Below, piece after piece: positions 49,213-60,203 of a stretch of DNA of 64,000 nucleotides. Every line of letters begins with the position of its first letter. The first letter of the stretch is position 1. Location of the stretch: contig JBAZXA010000003.1 of the NCBI GenBank assembly GCA_041660045.1, positions 226,320 to 290,319 of the forward strand, given 5' to 3'. The translations under genes were made by a program, and so were the position numbers. The notes beneath the pieces were generated by a model that made no database searches, was not told the origin of the DNA, and saw nothing but the letters and a program-made list of their open reading frames with translations. The DNA comes from Methylococcaceae bacterium. GTDB taxonomy: Bacteria > Pseudomonadota > Gammaproteobacteria > Methylococcales > Methylomonadaceae.

Positions 49213-50304
49213 ATGATTGAAACCTTTTACGATGTCATGCGTAGGCAAGGCATAACCCGCCGTAGTTTCCTTAAGTTTTGTAGTTTAACGGCCGCCTCTT
49301 TAGGGCTCTCGCCGGCTTTCGCACCTAAAATTGCCCACGCCATGGAAACTAAGCCGCGCATACCGGTACTCTGGTTACATGGCTTGGAATGCACGTGCTG
49401 CTCCGAATCTTTTGTCCGCTCTGGCCATCCTTTAGCCAAAGATGTGATCTTATCGATGCTGTCGCTGGACTATGATGACACTATCATGGCTGCTGCAGGC
49501 CATAACGCCGAAGCGATAGTGGATGAAATTGTTGAAAAATACAAAGGCAACTATATCTTGGCGGTTGAGGGCAATGCCCCGTTAGCAGAAGACGGCATGT
49601 ATTGCATCATTGGCGGTAGGCCTTTTGTTGACCAGCTTAAATATGCCGCGGAAAACTGCAAAGCCATTATCTCCTGGGGCTCATGCGCATCATGGGGTTG
49701 CGTGCAAGCGGCACATCCTAACCCTACCCGGGCAACCCCGGTTCATAAAATCCCTGGTTTGGCGGACAAACCGATTATTAAAGTACCTGGCTGCCCACCC
49801 ATTGCCGAGGTAATGACGGCGGTGGTGACTTACTTGTTAACGTTTGAAAAATTACCTACTTTAGACCGCCAAGGCCGCCCACAAATGTTCTACAGCCAAC
49901 GCATCCATGACAAATGCTACCGGCGGCCACATTTTGATGCGGGCCAATTTGTGGAGCATTGGGATGATGAAGGCGCCCGCCAAGGCCATTGCTTATACAA
50001 AATGGGTTGTAAAGGGCCAACCACTTATAACGCTTGCTCCACCGTGCGCTGGAACGAAGGCACTTCGTTTCCAATACAAGCGGGCCATGGTTGCATAGGT
50101 TGTTCCGAAGATGGTTTTTGGGATAAAGGCAGTTTTTACCAACGTCTTACCGACATCAACCAATTTGGCATTGAAGCCAATGCTGATGCCGTTGGTGGTA
50201 CCGCAGCCACTATTGTTGGCGCAGGTATAGCCGCCCATGCCGGTTTAACGGCATTAAACCGTTCGAAACAAGCTAGCGACAAACAACCAGGAGCAGAACA
50301 ATAA
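49213..50304 (+). CDS. hupS: [NiFe] uptake hydrogenase small subunit (Tat signal, group 1 membrane-bound)
   Basis: Tat motif [34 protein letters not shown] and a C-terminal TM anchor. Confidence 0.97.
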   Translation: MIETFYDVMRRQGITRRSFLKFCSLTAASLGLSPAFAPKIAHAMETKPRIPVLWLHGLECTCCSESFVRSGHPLAKDVILSMLSLDYDDTIMAAAGHNAEAIVDEIVEKYKGNYILAVEGNAPLAEDGMYCIIGGRPFVDQLKYAAENCKAIISWGSCASWGCVQAAHPNPTRATPVHKIPGLADKPIIKVPGCPPIAEVMTAVVTYLLTFEKLPTLDRQGRPQMFYSQRIHDKCYRRPHFDAGQFVEHWDDEGARQGHCLYKMGCKGPTTYNACSTVRWNEGTSFPIQAGHGCIGCSEDGFWDKGSFYQRLTDINQFGIEANADAVGGTAATIVGAGIAAHAGLTALNRSKQASDKQPGAEQ

Positions 50305-52100
50305 TGACAGTCTCAAACACGCCTAACGGATTTCATTTAAATGACACAGGCCGCCGCGTTGTGGTTGACCCGGTTACCCGTATCGAAGGCCACATGCGCT
50401 GTGAAGTCAATATAGATGAGGACAACTTTATCCGCAATGCGGTATCCAGCGGCACCATGTGGCGGGGCTTGGAAGTTATCCTAAAAGGCCGCGACCCACG
50501 TGATGCTTGGGCATTTGTACAGCGCATCTGTGGCGTTTGCACGGGTACCCATGCCTTAACGTCGGTGCGCGCGGTTGAGGATGCACTGAAAATCCAAATT
50601 CCGGAAAATGCCAATTCTATCCGCAATATTATGCAGTTGAGTTTGCAAGTCCACGATCACTTGGTGCATTTTTACCATTTGCATGCCTTGGACTGGGTCA
50701 ATCCGGTCAATGCCTTAAAAGCTGACCCGAACGCCACTTCGGTATTGCAGCAATCGATTTCGCCGCATCATCCTAAGTCGTCACCGGGCTATTTTCGTGA
50801 TATCCAAAACCGCTTGCTCAAGTTTGTTGAATCCGGGCAGTTAGGGCCGTTTAAAAACGGTTATTGGACTAACCCTGCCTATTTATTACCGCCAGAAGCG
50901 GATTTGATGGCAGTGACCCACTATTTGGAAGCGTTGGATTTTCAAAAAGACATTATGAAAATCCGCGCCGTATTCGGTGGCAAAGACCCGCATCCCAACT
51001 GGCTGGTGGGCGGTGTGCCTTGCGCCATCAATGTTGATGATGTGGGGGCTACTGGTGCCATCAACATGGAGCGCTTAAATTTAGTTTCTTCCATTATTGA
51101 CCGCACCATCACCTTTATAGACCAAGTTTATATTCCAGATATATTGGCTATCGCAGGCTTTTATAAAGGTTGGCTGTACGGCGGCGGTATATCAGGGCAA
51201 AGTTTGTTGGCTTATGGCGATATCCCTGATAAAGCCAATGATTATTCAGCGGCTAATTTATTAATGCCGCGTGGCGCCATCATCAACGGCGATTTAACTA
51301 AAGTCCATGAAGTGGATTTGGCTGACCCTGAGCAAATTAAAGAATACATCCCGCATTCTTGGTACAAATATCCAGACGAATCCCAAGGCCTACATCCTTG
51401 GGATGGTATTACCGAAGCCAATTATAAATTGGGGCCTAATACCAAAGGTGACCGTACCCACATCCAAGCTTTGGATGAGGCGGCCAAATATTCCTGGATT
51501 AAAGCGCCGCGCTGGCGTGGCCATGCCATGGAAGTTGGGCCTTTAGCGCGCTATGTGGTGGGCTATGCCCAAGGCCATAAGGAAATGACAGAACAAATCA
51601 ATTTTGTCTTAAAAACCTTAGACCTGCCTGTTACAGCCTTGTTCTCAACCTTAGGCAGGACTGCGGCACGCGGCTTGGAAGCACAATGGGCGGCCGGCAA
51701 AATGCGCTATTTTATGGATAAACTCATTGCTAACATCAAAGCCGGCGATTTAGCCACGGCCAATGTAGCCAAATGGGATCCAGAAACCTGGCCTAGCAGT
51801 GTTAAAGGTATTGGTTTTACTGAAGCCCCACGGGGCGCATTGGCGCATTGGCTAAAAATTGAAGACACTAAAATTGCTAATTATCAATGCGTAGTACCGA
51901 CAACTTGGAATGGTTCGCCCCGCGATGAGCAAGGAAATATCGGTGCTTTTGAGGCGGCCTTGATGAATACCAAGGTGGAACGCCCCGAAGAACCGGTTGA
52001 AATTTTGCGCACTTTGCATAGTTTTGATCCCTGCTTGGCCTGCTCTACACATATTATCAGCCCAGACGGTACCGAATTAACCCAAGTTAAAGTTCGATAA
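50304..52100 (+). CDS. hupL: [NiFe] uptake hydrogenase large subunit
   Basis: N-terminal [10 protein letters not shown] and C-terminal DPCLACSTH, followed by a 15-aa extension that the maturation protease removes. Confidence 0.97.
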   Translation: MTVSNTPNGFHLNDTGRRVVVDPVTRIEGHMRCEVNIDEDNFIRNAVSSGTMWRGLEVILKGRDPRDAWAFVQRICGVCTGTHALTSVRAVEDALKIQIPENANSIRNIMQLSLQVHDHLVHFYHLHALDWVNPVNALKADPNATSVLQQSISPHHPKSSPGYFRDIQNRLLKFVESGQLGPFKNGYWTNPAYLLPPEADLMAVTHYLEALDFQKDIMKIRAVFGGKDPHPNWLVGGVPCAINVDDVGATGAINMERLNLVSSIIDRTITFIDQVYIPDILAIAGFYKGWLYGGGISGQSLLAYGDIPDKANDYSAANLLMPRGAIINGDLTKVHEVDLADPEQIKEYIPHSWYKYPDESQGLHPWDGITEANYKLGPNTKGDRTHIQALDEAAKYSWIKAPRWRGHAMEVGPLARYVVGYAQGHKEMTEQINFVLKTLDLPVTALFSTLGRTAARGLEAQWAAGKMRYFMDKLIANIKAGDLATANVAKWDPETWPSSVKGIGFTEAPRGALAHWLKIEDTKIANYQCVVPTTWNGSPRDEQGNIGAFEAALMNTKVERPEEPVEILRTLHSFDPCLACSTHIISPDGTELTQVKVR

Positions 52101-52110
52101 GGAGAACGTG

Positions 52111-52701
52111 ATGAGACAAATTTACAGTGTAGTGTTATCGATAGCCGCTTTCTGGGGTCTGTCAACACCAGTATGGGCGCATACCGGTGTGTTACCGGCC
52201 ACTGGGTTAAGCGATGGTTTTCTGCACCCCTTTATGGGCTTGGAGCATAGCCTGGTTATGTTAGGTGTGGGCTTATTAGCGGCAACCCAGCCTTGGGTCG
52301 TGGCCAAAAAAATAGTCCTGGTATTTTTAGCGGCAATGCTGGCAGGGGCTAGTTTAGGTTTGTATGGCGTCCAGTTCGCTTATGTAGAAACGGCCATTTT
52401 ACTGTCTTTAATGGTAATTGGCGGCTTGTTGCTGGTTAATCAATTAACCCTGTCCAACGCAGTTATCACCGCCTTAGTCGGTGGCAGCGGGCTCATGCAT
52501 GGTTTGGCACATGGCAGTGAAATTCCGTCTACTGCCTCAGCTTATGCTTATTTAGTCGGCATGTTGTCAGCCACCGTATTGTTGCATGGCTTAGGTTTAA
52601 GCCTAGGTAAGCGCCTAAACCGTGGTTACGCTAAGCTGTTGCTGCGCGTATACGGCATAGCAACTGGCGTGCTTGGCGCTGGCTTATTATTGACCGCGTA
52701 A
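52111..52701 (+). CDS. hupE: HupE/UreJ-family nickel permease
   Basis: Signal peptide followed by AHTG, the GFLHPFMGLEH motif and six TM helices. Confidence 0.85.
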   Translation: MRQIYSVVLSIAAFWGLSTPVWAHTGVLPATGLSDGFLHPFMGLEHSLVMLGVGLLAATQPWVVAKKIVLVFLAAMLAGASLGLYGVQFAYVETAILLSLMVIGGLLLVNQLTLSNAVITALVGGSGLMHGLAHGSEIPSTASAYAYLVGMLSATVLLHGLGLSLGKRLNRGYAKLLLRVYGIATGVLGAGLLLTA

Positions 52702-52711
52702 GGGGATTATC

Positions 52712-53419
52712 ATGTCCGAATCCCAAGCTGCTGTTACACCACCTGTTTATGTTTATGAAGTACCAGTACGGCTTTGGCATGGCTTAAATGCCATTGCTAT
52801 CGTGGTATTGGCGGTTACCGGCTATTTAATCGCAGCCCCTTTAGCCACAGTCACGGGTGAGGCTTCTGAGCATTATTTAATGGGCTACATCCGGTTTGCC
52901 CATTTTGCTGCGGGTTATATTTTAGCCATAGCCTTAATTGTCCGTTTGTATTGGGCAATAGTCGGTAACGAACATGCCCGGCAAATCTTTTTACCGCCAT
53001 TATTAAACCGGCAATTTTGGTTAGGCGTGTGGCATGAGCTGCTATGGTATGGCTTTATTGCTAAAGCACCCGGCAAATATATTGGCCATAATCCGTTAGC
53101 TGTTTTGGCCATGCATTTTGCTTTTGTCTGGGGCGTCTTATTTATGATCGTCACGGGCTTTGCTTTGTATGGCGAAGGCGCTGGGCATGGTCATTGGTCT
53201 TATGTCCTGTTTAGTGCTTGGGTGTTGCCGTTGTTTGGTGATAGCCAAAGCTTGCACAGCTGGCACCATTTAGTGATGTGGCTGATTGTTTGCTTTGTGC
53301 TGATCCATGTTTACGTGGCGATACGGGAAGATAAACTTTCCGGGCAAAGCGTGCTGTCAACCATAGTAACCGGCTGGCGCACGTTTAAAGACGATAAACC
53401 AGTAGACGACGCGCATTAA
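52712..53419 (+). CDS. hupC: Ni/Fe-hydrogenase b-type cytochrome subunit
   Basis: Four TM helices with conserved His residues (VRLWHGLNA, RFAHF, HH). 235 aa. Confidence 0.9.
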   Translation: MSESQAAVTPPVYVYEVPVRLWHGLNAIAIVVLAVTGYLIAAPLATVTGEASEHYLMGYIRFAHFAAGYILAIALIVRLYWAIVGNEHARQIFLPPLLNRQFWLGVWHELLWYGFIAKAPGKYIGHNPLAVLAMHFAFVWGVLFMIVTGFALYGEGAGHGHWSYVLFSAWVLPLFGDSQSLHSWHHLVMWLIVCFVLIHVYVAIREDKLSGQSVLSTIVTGWRTFKDDKPVDDAH

Positions 53420-53421
53420 TC

Positions 53422-54105
53422 ATGCCGGCAAGCAAGCAAATTTTACTGCTAGGGATAGGTAACCTGTTATGGGCGGACGAAGGCTTTGGCGTACGCGTGA
53501 TTGAACGCTTACAAAAAAGTTATCGTTTTGCCGATAACGTGTCTGTCATGGATGGCGGCACCCAAGGCGTATATTTGGTGGAACATGTCCAAGCTGCCGA
53601 GGTGCTTATTGTGTTTGATGCGATAGATTATGGCCTGCCGCCCGCGACCTTAAAATGTATCCATGATGCCGAAGTGCCTAATTTTATGGGTGCCAAAAAA
53701 ATGAGCTTACATCAAACCGGCTTTCAGGAAGTCTTGGCTATGGCGCAAATGCTTGGGGACTACCCTGAGCATTTGCTGCTGATCGGCGTGCAACCAGAAG
53801 AGCTGGAAGATTTCGGTGGTAGCTTACGGCCTAGTGTAAAAGCACAAATCCAGCCCGCCATCGATATTGCCTTAGCTTATCTGCAAGATTTTGGGGTTAA
53901 GGTAGATGCGGTGGCGGATACCGCAGAATTAGCCGACCCAATTATGGACATCCAGCGCTACGAGCAAGAGCGTCCTGCCGCTGAGCTTGCCTGCCGTATT
54001 GGTGATGAGCGGGTGTTGTTATCCGATGCGTTTGAGTTAAAGCAGCCACAAGATTCTGATTTGCCTAGTTTGCAAATTGACGTTGATTACCGGGGTAAAT
54101 ACTGA
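53422..54105 (+). CDS. hupD: hydrogenase maturation endopeptidase (HyaD/HoxM type)
   Basis: LLLGIGNLLWADEGFGVR ... DGGTQG ... H. Confidence 0.9.
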   Translation: MPASKQILLLGIGNLLWADEGFGVRVIERLQKSYRFADNVSVMDGGTQGVYLVEHVQAAEVLIVFDAIDYGLPPATLKCIHDAEVPNFMGAKKMSLHQTGFQEVLAMAQMLGDYPEHLLLIGVQPEELEDFGGSLRPSVKAQIQPAIDIALAYLQDFGVKVDAVADTAELADPIMDIQRYEQERPAAELACRIGDERVLLSDAFELKQPQDSDLPSLQIDVDYRGKY

Positions 54106-54401
54106 TGTGCATAGGCCTGCCCATGCAAGTGCTAGAACGTCGTGGCGAACTAGCCTTATGCGCTTATCAAGGCGACACCAGCCTAGTGGACATGATGCTG
54201 GTTGGAGAGCAAGCTGTTGGCACTTGGGTGCTGGTGTTTTTACAAACGGCCAGGGAAGTGCTTAGCGAACAAGCCGCCCAACAAATTAATGATGCGTTGC
54301 TCGCCATGCAATTGGCGATGCAAGGCGAAACCCAGTTAGACCACTTGTTTGCCGATTTGATAGACCGCGAACCACAATTGCCGGAGTTTTTAAAATCATG
54401 A
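54105..54401 (+). CDS. hupF: HypC/HupF-family hydrogenase assembly chaperone
   Basis: N-terminal MCIGLPMQV. 98 aa with the HupF-type C-terminal extension. Confidence 0.85.
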   Translation: MCIGLPMQVLERRGELALCAYQGDTSLVDMMLVGEQAVGTWVLVFLQTAREVLSEQAAQQINDALLAMQLAMQGETQLDHLFADLIDREPQLPEFLKS

Positions 54402-54817
54402 GATCTGTCTTATTGGAACAGCTACAAACCCGCCATGGTTTGCCTTTGCTGGATGCCGACAACTTTGACCACTTTGTTTACGGCAATGACACGGTCTTGC
54501 TGTTTTTTAGCAACGATCCGGTACAATTTCCGGAGAGTAATGATGTAGCCGTGATCTTACCGGAATTGCTTAAAACCTTTAGTGGCCGCATGCAGGCCGG
54601 CGTTATCAGCAAGGCTATCGAACGTGAACTGCAAGCCCGATACCATTTTACCAGCTGGCCAGCGTTAGTTTTTTTGCGTGGCGGGGAGTATTTAGGCGTG
54701 GTTACCGGCATAAAAAATTGGCAGGAATATATTGTTGAAATTGGCCAGGTTTTAGCTGCTGAAGTATCTAGCCCGCCTGGCTTTGATTTAGAAAAGGTCT
54801 GTAAGGCTGGCCATTAA
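54398..54817 (+). CDS. hupG: HyaE/HupG/HoxO thioredoxin-like hydrogenase expression protein
   Basis: Position in the cluster, the 139-aa size, and a HyaE-like sequence (ESNDVAVILPEL). Confidence 0.75.
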   Translation: MRSVLLEQLQTRHGLPLLDADNFDHFVYGNDTVLLFFSNDPVQFPESNDVAVILPELLKTFSGRMQAGVISKAIERELQARYHFTSWPALVFLRGGEYLGVVTGIKNWQEYIVEIGQVLAAEVSSPPGFDLEKVCKAGH

Positions 54818-54878
54818 TGGTATTGGCTTAAGCCCTGCTAAACAGTTCACCGCAGCATTTACATTAAATAACAAAACT

Positions 54879-55727
54879 ATGGTTTCTATATCTATCCCCA
54901 TTATTGGTGTCGGCTCACAGCCTACAGAGGAAGACGGCGCAGAGCTTGACTATTTAGCGATGCCTGCGGAAATGGCGACTTATCGCATGCCAGAGGTGTC
55001 GGTAGATTTAAACCATGCTGATTTAGCTCAAGCCAAAGCAGTTTTACAGCAGTTGGAACAGGCTCTGAATAGGTATCCCACGGCGGCGCCTAGCATAGCA
55101 TTAACTGGCTTGGGGACTATCAACCGGCAATTTATTGATGAAGTCTTGGGGGAAGGCGAAGTCAGCATAATTTGTTCCGGTACAGAAAAGTTTTATATTC
55201 AAGAATCGGTGCTGGCTGGGGTTTGGCGCGTGCAACAGCTAAACCAACAAAAGCAAGTGCTGAAGGATAACTTAGAAGTTGGCATTATCCCGACCTTATT
55301 GCTGCAATCTACATTTAGCCAGGCGGCCAGCCAAATTGATACACATTGGACTAGCTTGCCAGACGGTGTGATGAATGCGCCACCGGTTTTAGCCGAGCTA
55401 AATGCCAAAATTGCCAACTATCAAACGGGTATGGAGCCGCACTGCATCAACTTAAGCCTGCTGCCGCAAACCGAGCAAGATTTGGCTTTTTTGGAGCAAC
55501 GCCTAGGCTTGGGTGTGGTTACAATTTTATCGCGGGGTTATGGTAATTGCAGGATCACGGCAACCGCTACCAAAAATCTTTGGTGGATACATTATTTCAA
55601 TTCGCAAGACGTGTTGATCTTAAATACCTTGGAAGTTAGTGATGTACCGAATGTCGCTTGTGCATCGCCGGAAGATATTGCCGATAGTGCGCAGCGCTTA
55701 GCAGAAATTTTAAAGGTCTATTTATGA
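54879..55727 (+). CDS. hupH: HyaF/HupH/HoxQ hydrogenase expression/formation protein
   Basis: Position in the cluster and the 282-aa size. The C-terminus contains YGNCRITAT...WWIHYFNSQD. Confidence 0.75.
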   Translation: MVSISIPIIGVGSQPTEEDGAELDYLAMPAEMATYRMPEVSVDLNHADLAQAKAVLQQLEQALNRYPTAAPSIALTGLGTINRQFIDEVLGEGEVSIICSGTEKFYIQESVLAGVWRVQQLNQQKQVLKDNLEVGIIPTLLLQSTFSQAASQIDTHWTSLPDGVMNAPPVLAELNAKIANYQTGMEPHCINLSLLPQTEQDLAFLEQRLGLGVVTILSRGYGNCRITATATKNLWWIHYFNSQDVLILNTLEVSDVPNVACASPEDIADSAQRLAEILKVYL

Positions 55728-55945
55728 GCGAGGCTTTTTTCGCAAGCGCTTATGGCGGCAACTTTGCCAATTTGCCACCGGAAACCCGTTTGGAATGCAA
55801 AATTTGCTGGCATGTGTATGATCCCGAGCAAGGCGATGAATTTTGGCAAATTGCCAAAGGCACGCCGTTTTCTGAATTGCCTGAGCATTGGAGCTGCCCT
55901 GAATGTGGCAGCAAAAAACAAGATTTTTTAGTCTTGGATGAGTGA
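55724..55945 (+). CDS. hupI: rubredoxin (HupI/HoxR)
   Basis: CKICWHVYDP ... WSCPECG, i.e. two CxxC pairs. Confidence 0.9.
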   Translation: MSEAFFASAYGGNFANLPPETRLECKICWHVYDPEQGDEFWQIAKGTPFSELPEHWSCPECGSKKQDFLVLDE

Positions 55946-56423
55946 AGTGGTTTGGCTAGATAGCGACCAAATTGGCCTAGCCTTGGAAGCGACTTTTAAC
56001 AGGATTCAGCATACCCGTATGCAAGACATGCCAGTACTGAACCCGGCTTTATCCGTGCAAGCCTTGGCCTTTAAGCGTTATCAACAAGATTGGCTAGGGG
56101 TTTTGATTACGCCTTGGTTTATGAATTTAGTGTTGTTGCCAAACTTGCCCAGCACTTGGCATCAGCAAGCGCCGGGCAACAAATTTAGCGCCGCTTTTCC
56201 TTATGGCGTGTTTGAATTTACCGTTGCCCATGACGCACAACTGGGTGTTTACGCACTATGCTCATTGTTTTCACCAATGTTTGAATTTGCTGGCCAAGCT
56301 GAAGCGGTCAGCGCGGCGCAAGCGGCTATACAGGGCTTGCTGACACCGCCTGAGGCACCTAAGGCGCAGGCAATTAGCCGTCGGGACTTGCTGCGCGGTA
56401 AATTGAGTTCAGGGCGCACATAA
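55938..56423 (+). CDS. hupJ: HybE/HupJ/HoxT-family [NiFe] hydrogenase assembly chaperone
   Basis: LGVLITPWFMNLVLLP motif, plus position in the cluster. Confidence 0.75.
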   Translation: MSEVVWLDSDQIGLALEATFNRIQHTRMQDMPVLNPALSVQALAFKRYQQDWLGVLITPWFMNLVLLPNLPSTWHQQAPGNKFSAAFPYGVFEFTVAHDAQLGVYALCSLFSPMFEFAGQAEAVSAAQAAIQGLLTPPEAPKAQAISRRDLLRGKLSSGRT

Positions 56424-57635
56424 GTGAACCTGGCCGGAAACCTACAAATTGATATTCAACATCAGTCTGGTAGGGTATGCCAAGTCACTATAGCGTCTAG
56501 CAGGCCAACGGGTATTGCCCGTGTCCTGTGCGGCAACACGCCAGAACAGGCGCTGCAAAAAGTACCGCTGTTATTTAGTTTATGCCGAAATGCACAAGCT
56601 TATGCCGCCTTGCAAGCTTGCCAAATGGCTTTAGGCATAGTGCCGGACACCGCCGTTAATGCCGCCCAGAACTTATTGGTACAAGTAGAAAGCTGGCGTG
56701 AACAATGTTGGCGGATTTTGTTGGATTGGCCTAGGTTTATCGGCTTAAGTCCAGATAAAGCTAGCTTAGCTGCGTTAATGCAATTTGAGGGTGCAATAAA
56801 GCATGCGTTGTTTGGATCGGCTGAGGCTTTTCAATGGCATAACCCGGCTAATCCAGATCTTAGCGCCGTTAGCCAAATACTAGAGGCGGTCACAGCTAAA
56901 GTTGATGCTGCCGTGTTTGCCGGGGAGCTTAACGGATTTTTAGCACTGGAAAACCAAATGCAGTTACAGCACTGGTTACAAAAAAGCCCTACGGTAGCCG
57001 CGCAGTTGCTGACTTTGGTTTATCAGAATAATTGGTGTGCCAGCGGTAACAACACGCAGGCTTGTTTACCGGATACCCTAAGTGCGGCTGACCTTAACCA
57101 GGAAATGCATGCGCAAGGGGCTGAGGCTTTTGCCAGCCAACCTAAGTGGCAAGGCAGTTGCCAAGAAAGCAGCATATTAACGCAGCTTAAGAGCGCACCT
57201 TTGATAGTTGACCTGGCGAGCTATTATGGCAATGCTTTGATCGTACGTTTAGTGGCACGGCTGTTGGCAGTCGCCAGTATCCCTAGACAATTGCAACAGC
57301 TATGCGGGCAGCAGGGCCATGCTTCGGCAATGCCAGGAGCGCAGCGGCAAAACGCGGGTATCGGCTTAGGGCAAGTGCAAGCTGCGCGTGGCTTGCTGCT
57401 GCATAGGGCAGAAATAGGCGCGGGATTGATCAAGGCTTACCACATTATTGCCCCGACTGAGTGGAACTTTCACCCAGAAGGGGTTGTGGCGCATAGCCTT
57501 AAGCAATTACAGGCGAGTAACCAAGATAAACTAAAAGCACAGGCCGAATTAATAATCAACGCCATCGACCCTTGCGTGCAAACCGCGTTACATTTTACTG
57601 ACCTAGACCTAAGGACTCCGGCTTATGCAGGTTAA
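56424..57635 (+). CDS. hupK: HupK/HoxV large-subunit-like scaffold protein
   Basis: GTG start directly after the hupJ stop. It has large-subunit-like N- and C-terminal segments (LFSLCRNAQ ... IDPCV) and sits just before hypA. Confidence 0.7.
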   Translation: MNLAGNLQIDIQHQSGRVCQVTIASSRPTGIARVLCGNTPEQALQKVPLLFSLCRNAQAYAALQACQMALGIVPDTAVNAAQNLLVQVESWREQCWRILLDWPRFIGLSPDKASLAALMQFEGAIKHALFGSAEAFQWHNPANPDLSAVSQILEAVTAKVDAAVFAGELNGFLALENQMQLQHWLQKSPTVAAQLLTLVYQNNWCASGNNTQACLPDTLSAADLNQEMHAQGAEAFASQPKWQGSCQESSILTQLKSAPLIVDLASYYGNALIVRLVARLLAVASIPRQLQQLCGQQGHASAMPGAQRQNAGIGLGQVQAARGLLLHRAEIGAGLIKAYHIIAPTEWNFHPEGVVAHSLKQLQASNQDKLKAQAELIINAIDPCVQTALHFTDLDLRTPAYAG

Positions 57636-57688
57636 TACTGGCTTGTACAATCAGATATTTAAGCATAAGCTGAAAGATAGGGTTAAGC

Positions 57689-58030
57689 ATGCATGAGTTG
57701 TCGCTGTGCGAAAGCATTTTACAAGTTTTAGAGCAGCAGGCTGAGGTTCAGCAATATCATAAAGTCAAAACGGTTTGGCTGGAGATAGGCGCGCTGTCTG
57801 GCATTGAGGTGGAGGCGCTGCGCTTTAGTTTTGATATTGTCATGCAAGGTTCGTTGGCGGAACAGGCGCAGCTTGAGATTATCCAATTACCGGGCCAGGC
57901 CTGGTGCATGCAATGTGCCTGTAATGTGGCCGTCGAACAGTTATACGATGTCTGCCCACTGTGCGGTAGCCATCAATTGCAGGTGAATAGTGGAGATCAA
58001 ATGCGTATTAAAGAATTGGAGGTAGAGTAA
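57689..58030 (+). CDS. hypA: hydrogenase nickel incorporation protein HypA
   Basis: N-terminal MHELSLC and a zinc site CMQC...CPLCG. Confidence 0.93.
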   Translation: MHELSLCESILQVLEQQAEVQQYHKVKTVWLEIGALSGIEVEALRFSFDIVMQGSLAEQAQLEIIQLPGQAWCMQCACNVAVEQLYDVCPLCGSHQLQVNSGDQMRIKELEVE

Positions 58031-58833
58031 TGTGTGGCGTATGCGGCTGCGGCGAGGGCCATTCCCACTCGCACAATGAAGAGCACGACCATGGGCATAA
58101 CCACGAGCATAAGCATGCTTTTGTGCTTAAGCCCCAGCATGCCCATGCACCCGGTTTAAGTCCGGCACGCATGGTGCAGATTGAGCAGGATATCCTGTCT
58201 AAAAATAATCAGTATGCTAACGAAAACCGAAACTTTTTTAGCCAGCGCGGTATGTTGGTGCTTAATTTGGTGTCCAGCCCAGGTTCAGGTAAAACTACGT
58301 TGTTAACCGAAACCATCACACGTTTAAAAGACCAGCTGGATATTACGGTGATCGAAGGTGACCAACAAACTGCCCGCGATGCTGACCGTATCCGCGCTAC
58401 TGGCGTGTCTGCGTTGCAAATCAATACCGGCAAAGGCTGCCATTTGGACGCCCAGCGTGTCGGCCAAGCGGTAACCAGCTTGGCACCGAAAGAGCACAGC
58501 TTGTTATTTATCGAAAATGTCGGCAATTTGGTGTGCCCATCGGCCTTTGATTTGGGCGAAGCGCACAAAGTGGTGATTTTGTCGGTGACCGAAGGGGAAG
58601 ACAAACCGATTAAATACCCCGACATGTTCCATGCCGCCGACTTGATGATCTTAAATAAAACCGATTTGTTGCCGTATTTGGATTTTGATAGCGAACAATG
58701 TATCCAATATGCCAAGCAAGTTAATCCTAAGATTAAAGTGCTGCCTTTATCTGCTAAAACCGGTGTAGGCATGGACAGCTGGCTGTGTTGGCTAAAAGCG
58801 GAATTAGACCTGCAACGGATCAATTATGCTTAG
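58030..58833 (+). CDS. hypB: hydrogenase nickel incorporation GTPase HypB
   Basis: N-terminal [10 protein letters not shown], a His-rich stretch [19 protein letters not shown], a P-loop GSPGSGKTT and ENVGNLVCP. Confidence 0.95.
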   Translation: MCGVCGCGEGHSHSHNEEHDHGHNHEHKHAFVLKPQHAHAPGLSPARMVQIEQDILSKNNQYANENRNFFSQRGMLVLNLVSSPGSGKTTLLTETITRLKDQLDITVIEGDQQTARDADRIRATGVSALQINTGKGCHLDAQRVGQAVTSLAPKEHSLLFIENVGNLVCPSAFDLGEAHKVVILSVTEGEDKPIKYPDMFHAADLMILNKTDLLPYLDFDSEQCIQYAKQVNPKIKVLPLSAKTGVGMDSWLCWLKAELDLQRINYA

Positions 58834-58869
58834 CCGTGTTTTTTTGCAGCATTTACAAGGCGTGAAACT

Positions 58870-59100
58870 ATGTGCTTAGCCTTGCCAGCGCAAATTGTCG
58901 CTATAGACCCGGTGACTGATATGGCCACGGCTTCGGTAGATAATGTTAAGGTAGAAGTCTCACTCGCCTTGGTGGACGATATTGCCATAGGCGACTACGT
59001 GCTGGTGCATGTAGGCTATGCGCTACAGAAAATCGACGAAGACGAAGCCATCAAAACCCTGGCTTTATTTGCCGAAGCTGGCTTAACCTCGCAGGCATGA
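58870..59100 (+). CDS. hypC: hydrogenase assembly chaperone HypC
   Basis: N-terminal MCLALPAQIV. 76 aa. Confidence 0.93.
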   Translation: MCLALPAQIVAIDPVTDMATASVDNVKVEVSLALVDDIAIGDYVLVHVGYALQKIDEDEAIKTLALFAEAGLTSQA

Positions 59101-60203
59101 AATACATTGATGAATTCCGCCAGCAGAGCCTAGCCCAGCAATTGGCTAAAGCCATTGCGCAAACAGCTGATACTGGGCGGCAATACCGGTTAATGGAATT
59201 TTGCGGTGGCCACACCCACGCCATTTACCGCTATGGTGTGCAGGATTTGATGCCAGACAATGTTGAATTTATCCATGGCCCAGGCTGCCCAGTGTGTGTC
59301 TTGCCTACCGGGCGCATCGACAATGCTATCCAGTTACTGGAACAGCATGACGCGATACTTTGCACCTACGCGGATTTAATGCGGGTACCGGCATCCAACC
59401 GTACTAGCCTATTAAAAGCTAAGGCACTAGGTGCGGATATCCGGATGATTTATTCCAGTCAAGACGCCTTAAAAATTGCCCGTGACAATCCGTCCCGGCA
59501 AGTAGTGTTTTTTGCCATAGGCTTTGAGACCACCACGCCGCCAACCGCGGTTGTCATCAAGCAGGCACAAGCCGAGCAACTGGCTAACTTTAGCGTGTTT
59601 TGCAACCATGTTTTAACGCCATCTGCCATGCAGGCAATTTTGGATGCTGCAGAGCCTATCGCGATTGATGGCTTTCTTGGGCCTTCCCATGTCAGCACTG
59701 TAATTGGTAGCCAGCCTTACCAAGGTTTTGCCGAAAACTATGCTAAGCCTATCGTGATTGCAGGCTTTGAACCCTTGGACGTTATGCAATCTACGCTGAT
59801 GCTAATAAACCAGTTGAACACAGGCCGTCACCAAGTAGAAAATGAATACAGCCGTGCAGTTACACCACAAGGCAACCAAAAAGCCCAAGCTTTAATGCAA
59901 GAAGTTTTTGAAGTACGCCCTGAATTTGAATGGCGGGGCTTAGGCCTAATTGCAAACAGCGCTTTAAAACTCAAAGCCGTTTATGCCGATTTTGATGCTG
60001 AACCACGTTTTAACCTGCCCGCCATTGCCGCATCCGATGTTAAAGGTTGTGAATGCCCAGCTATTTTACGCGGCGCTAAAAAACCGCAAGACTGCAAATT
60101 ACTGGGTACGGTGTGCACACCTGAAAATCCGATGGGTTCCTGTATGGTCTCATCTGAAGGCGCATGCGCGGCGTATTGGTCGTATGGGCGGCTGCGCGGT
60201 TAA
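59097..60203 (+). CDS. hypD: hydrogenase formation protein HypD
   Basis: MEFCGGHTH, GPGCPVCV and FAIGFETT motifs. Confidence 0.95.
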   Translation: MKYIDEFRQQSLAQQLAKAIAQTADTGRQYRLMEFCGGHTHAIYRYGVQDLMPDNVEFIHGPGCPVCVLPTGRIDNAIQLLEQHDAILCTYADLMRVPASNRTSLLKAKALGADIRMIYSSQDALKIARDNPSRQVVFFAIGFETTTPPTAVVIKQAQAEQLANFSVFCNHVLTPSAMQAILDAAEPIAIDGFLGPSHVSTVIGSQPYQGFAENYAKPIVIAGFEPLDVMQSTLMLINQLNTGRHQVENEYSRAVTPQGNQKAQALMQEVFEVRPEFEWRGLGLIANSALKLKAVYADFDAEPRFNLPAIAASDVKGCECPAILRGAKKPQDCKLLGTVCTPENPMGSCMVSSEGACAAYWSYGRLRG

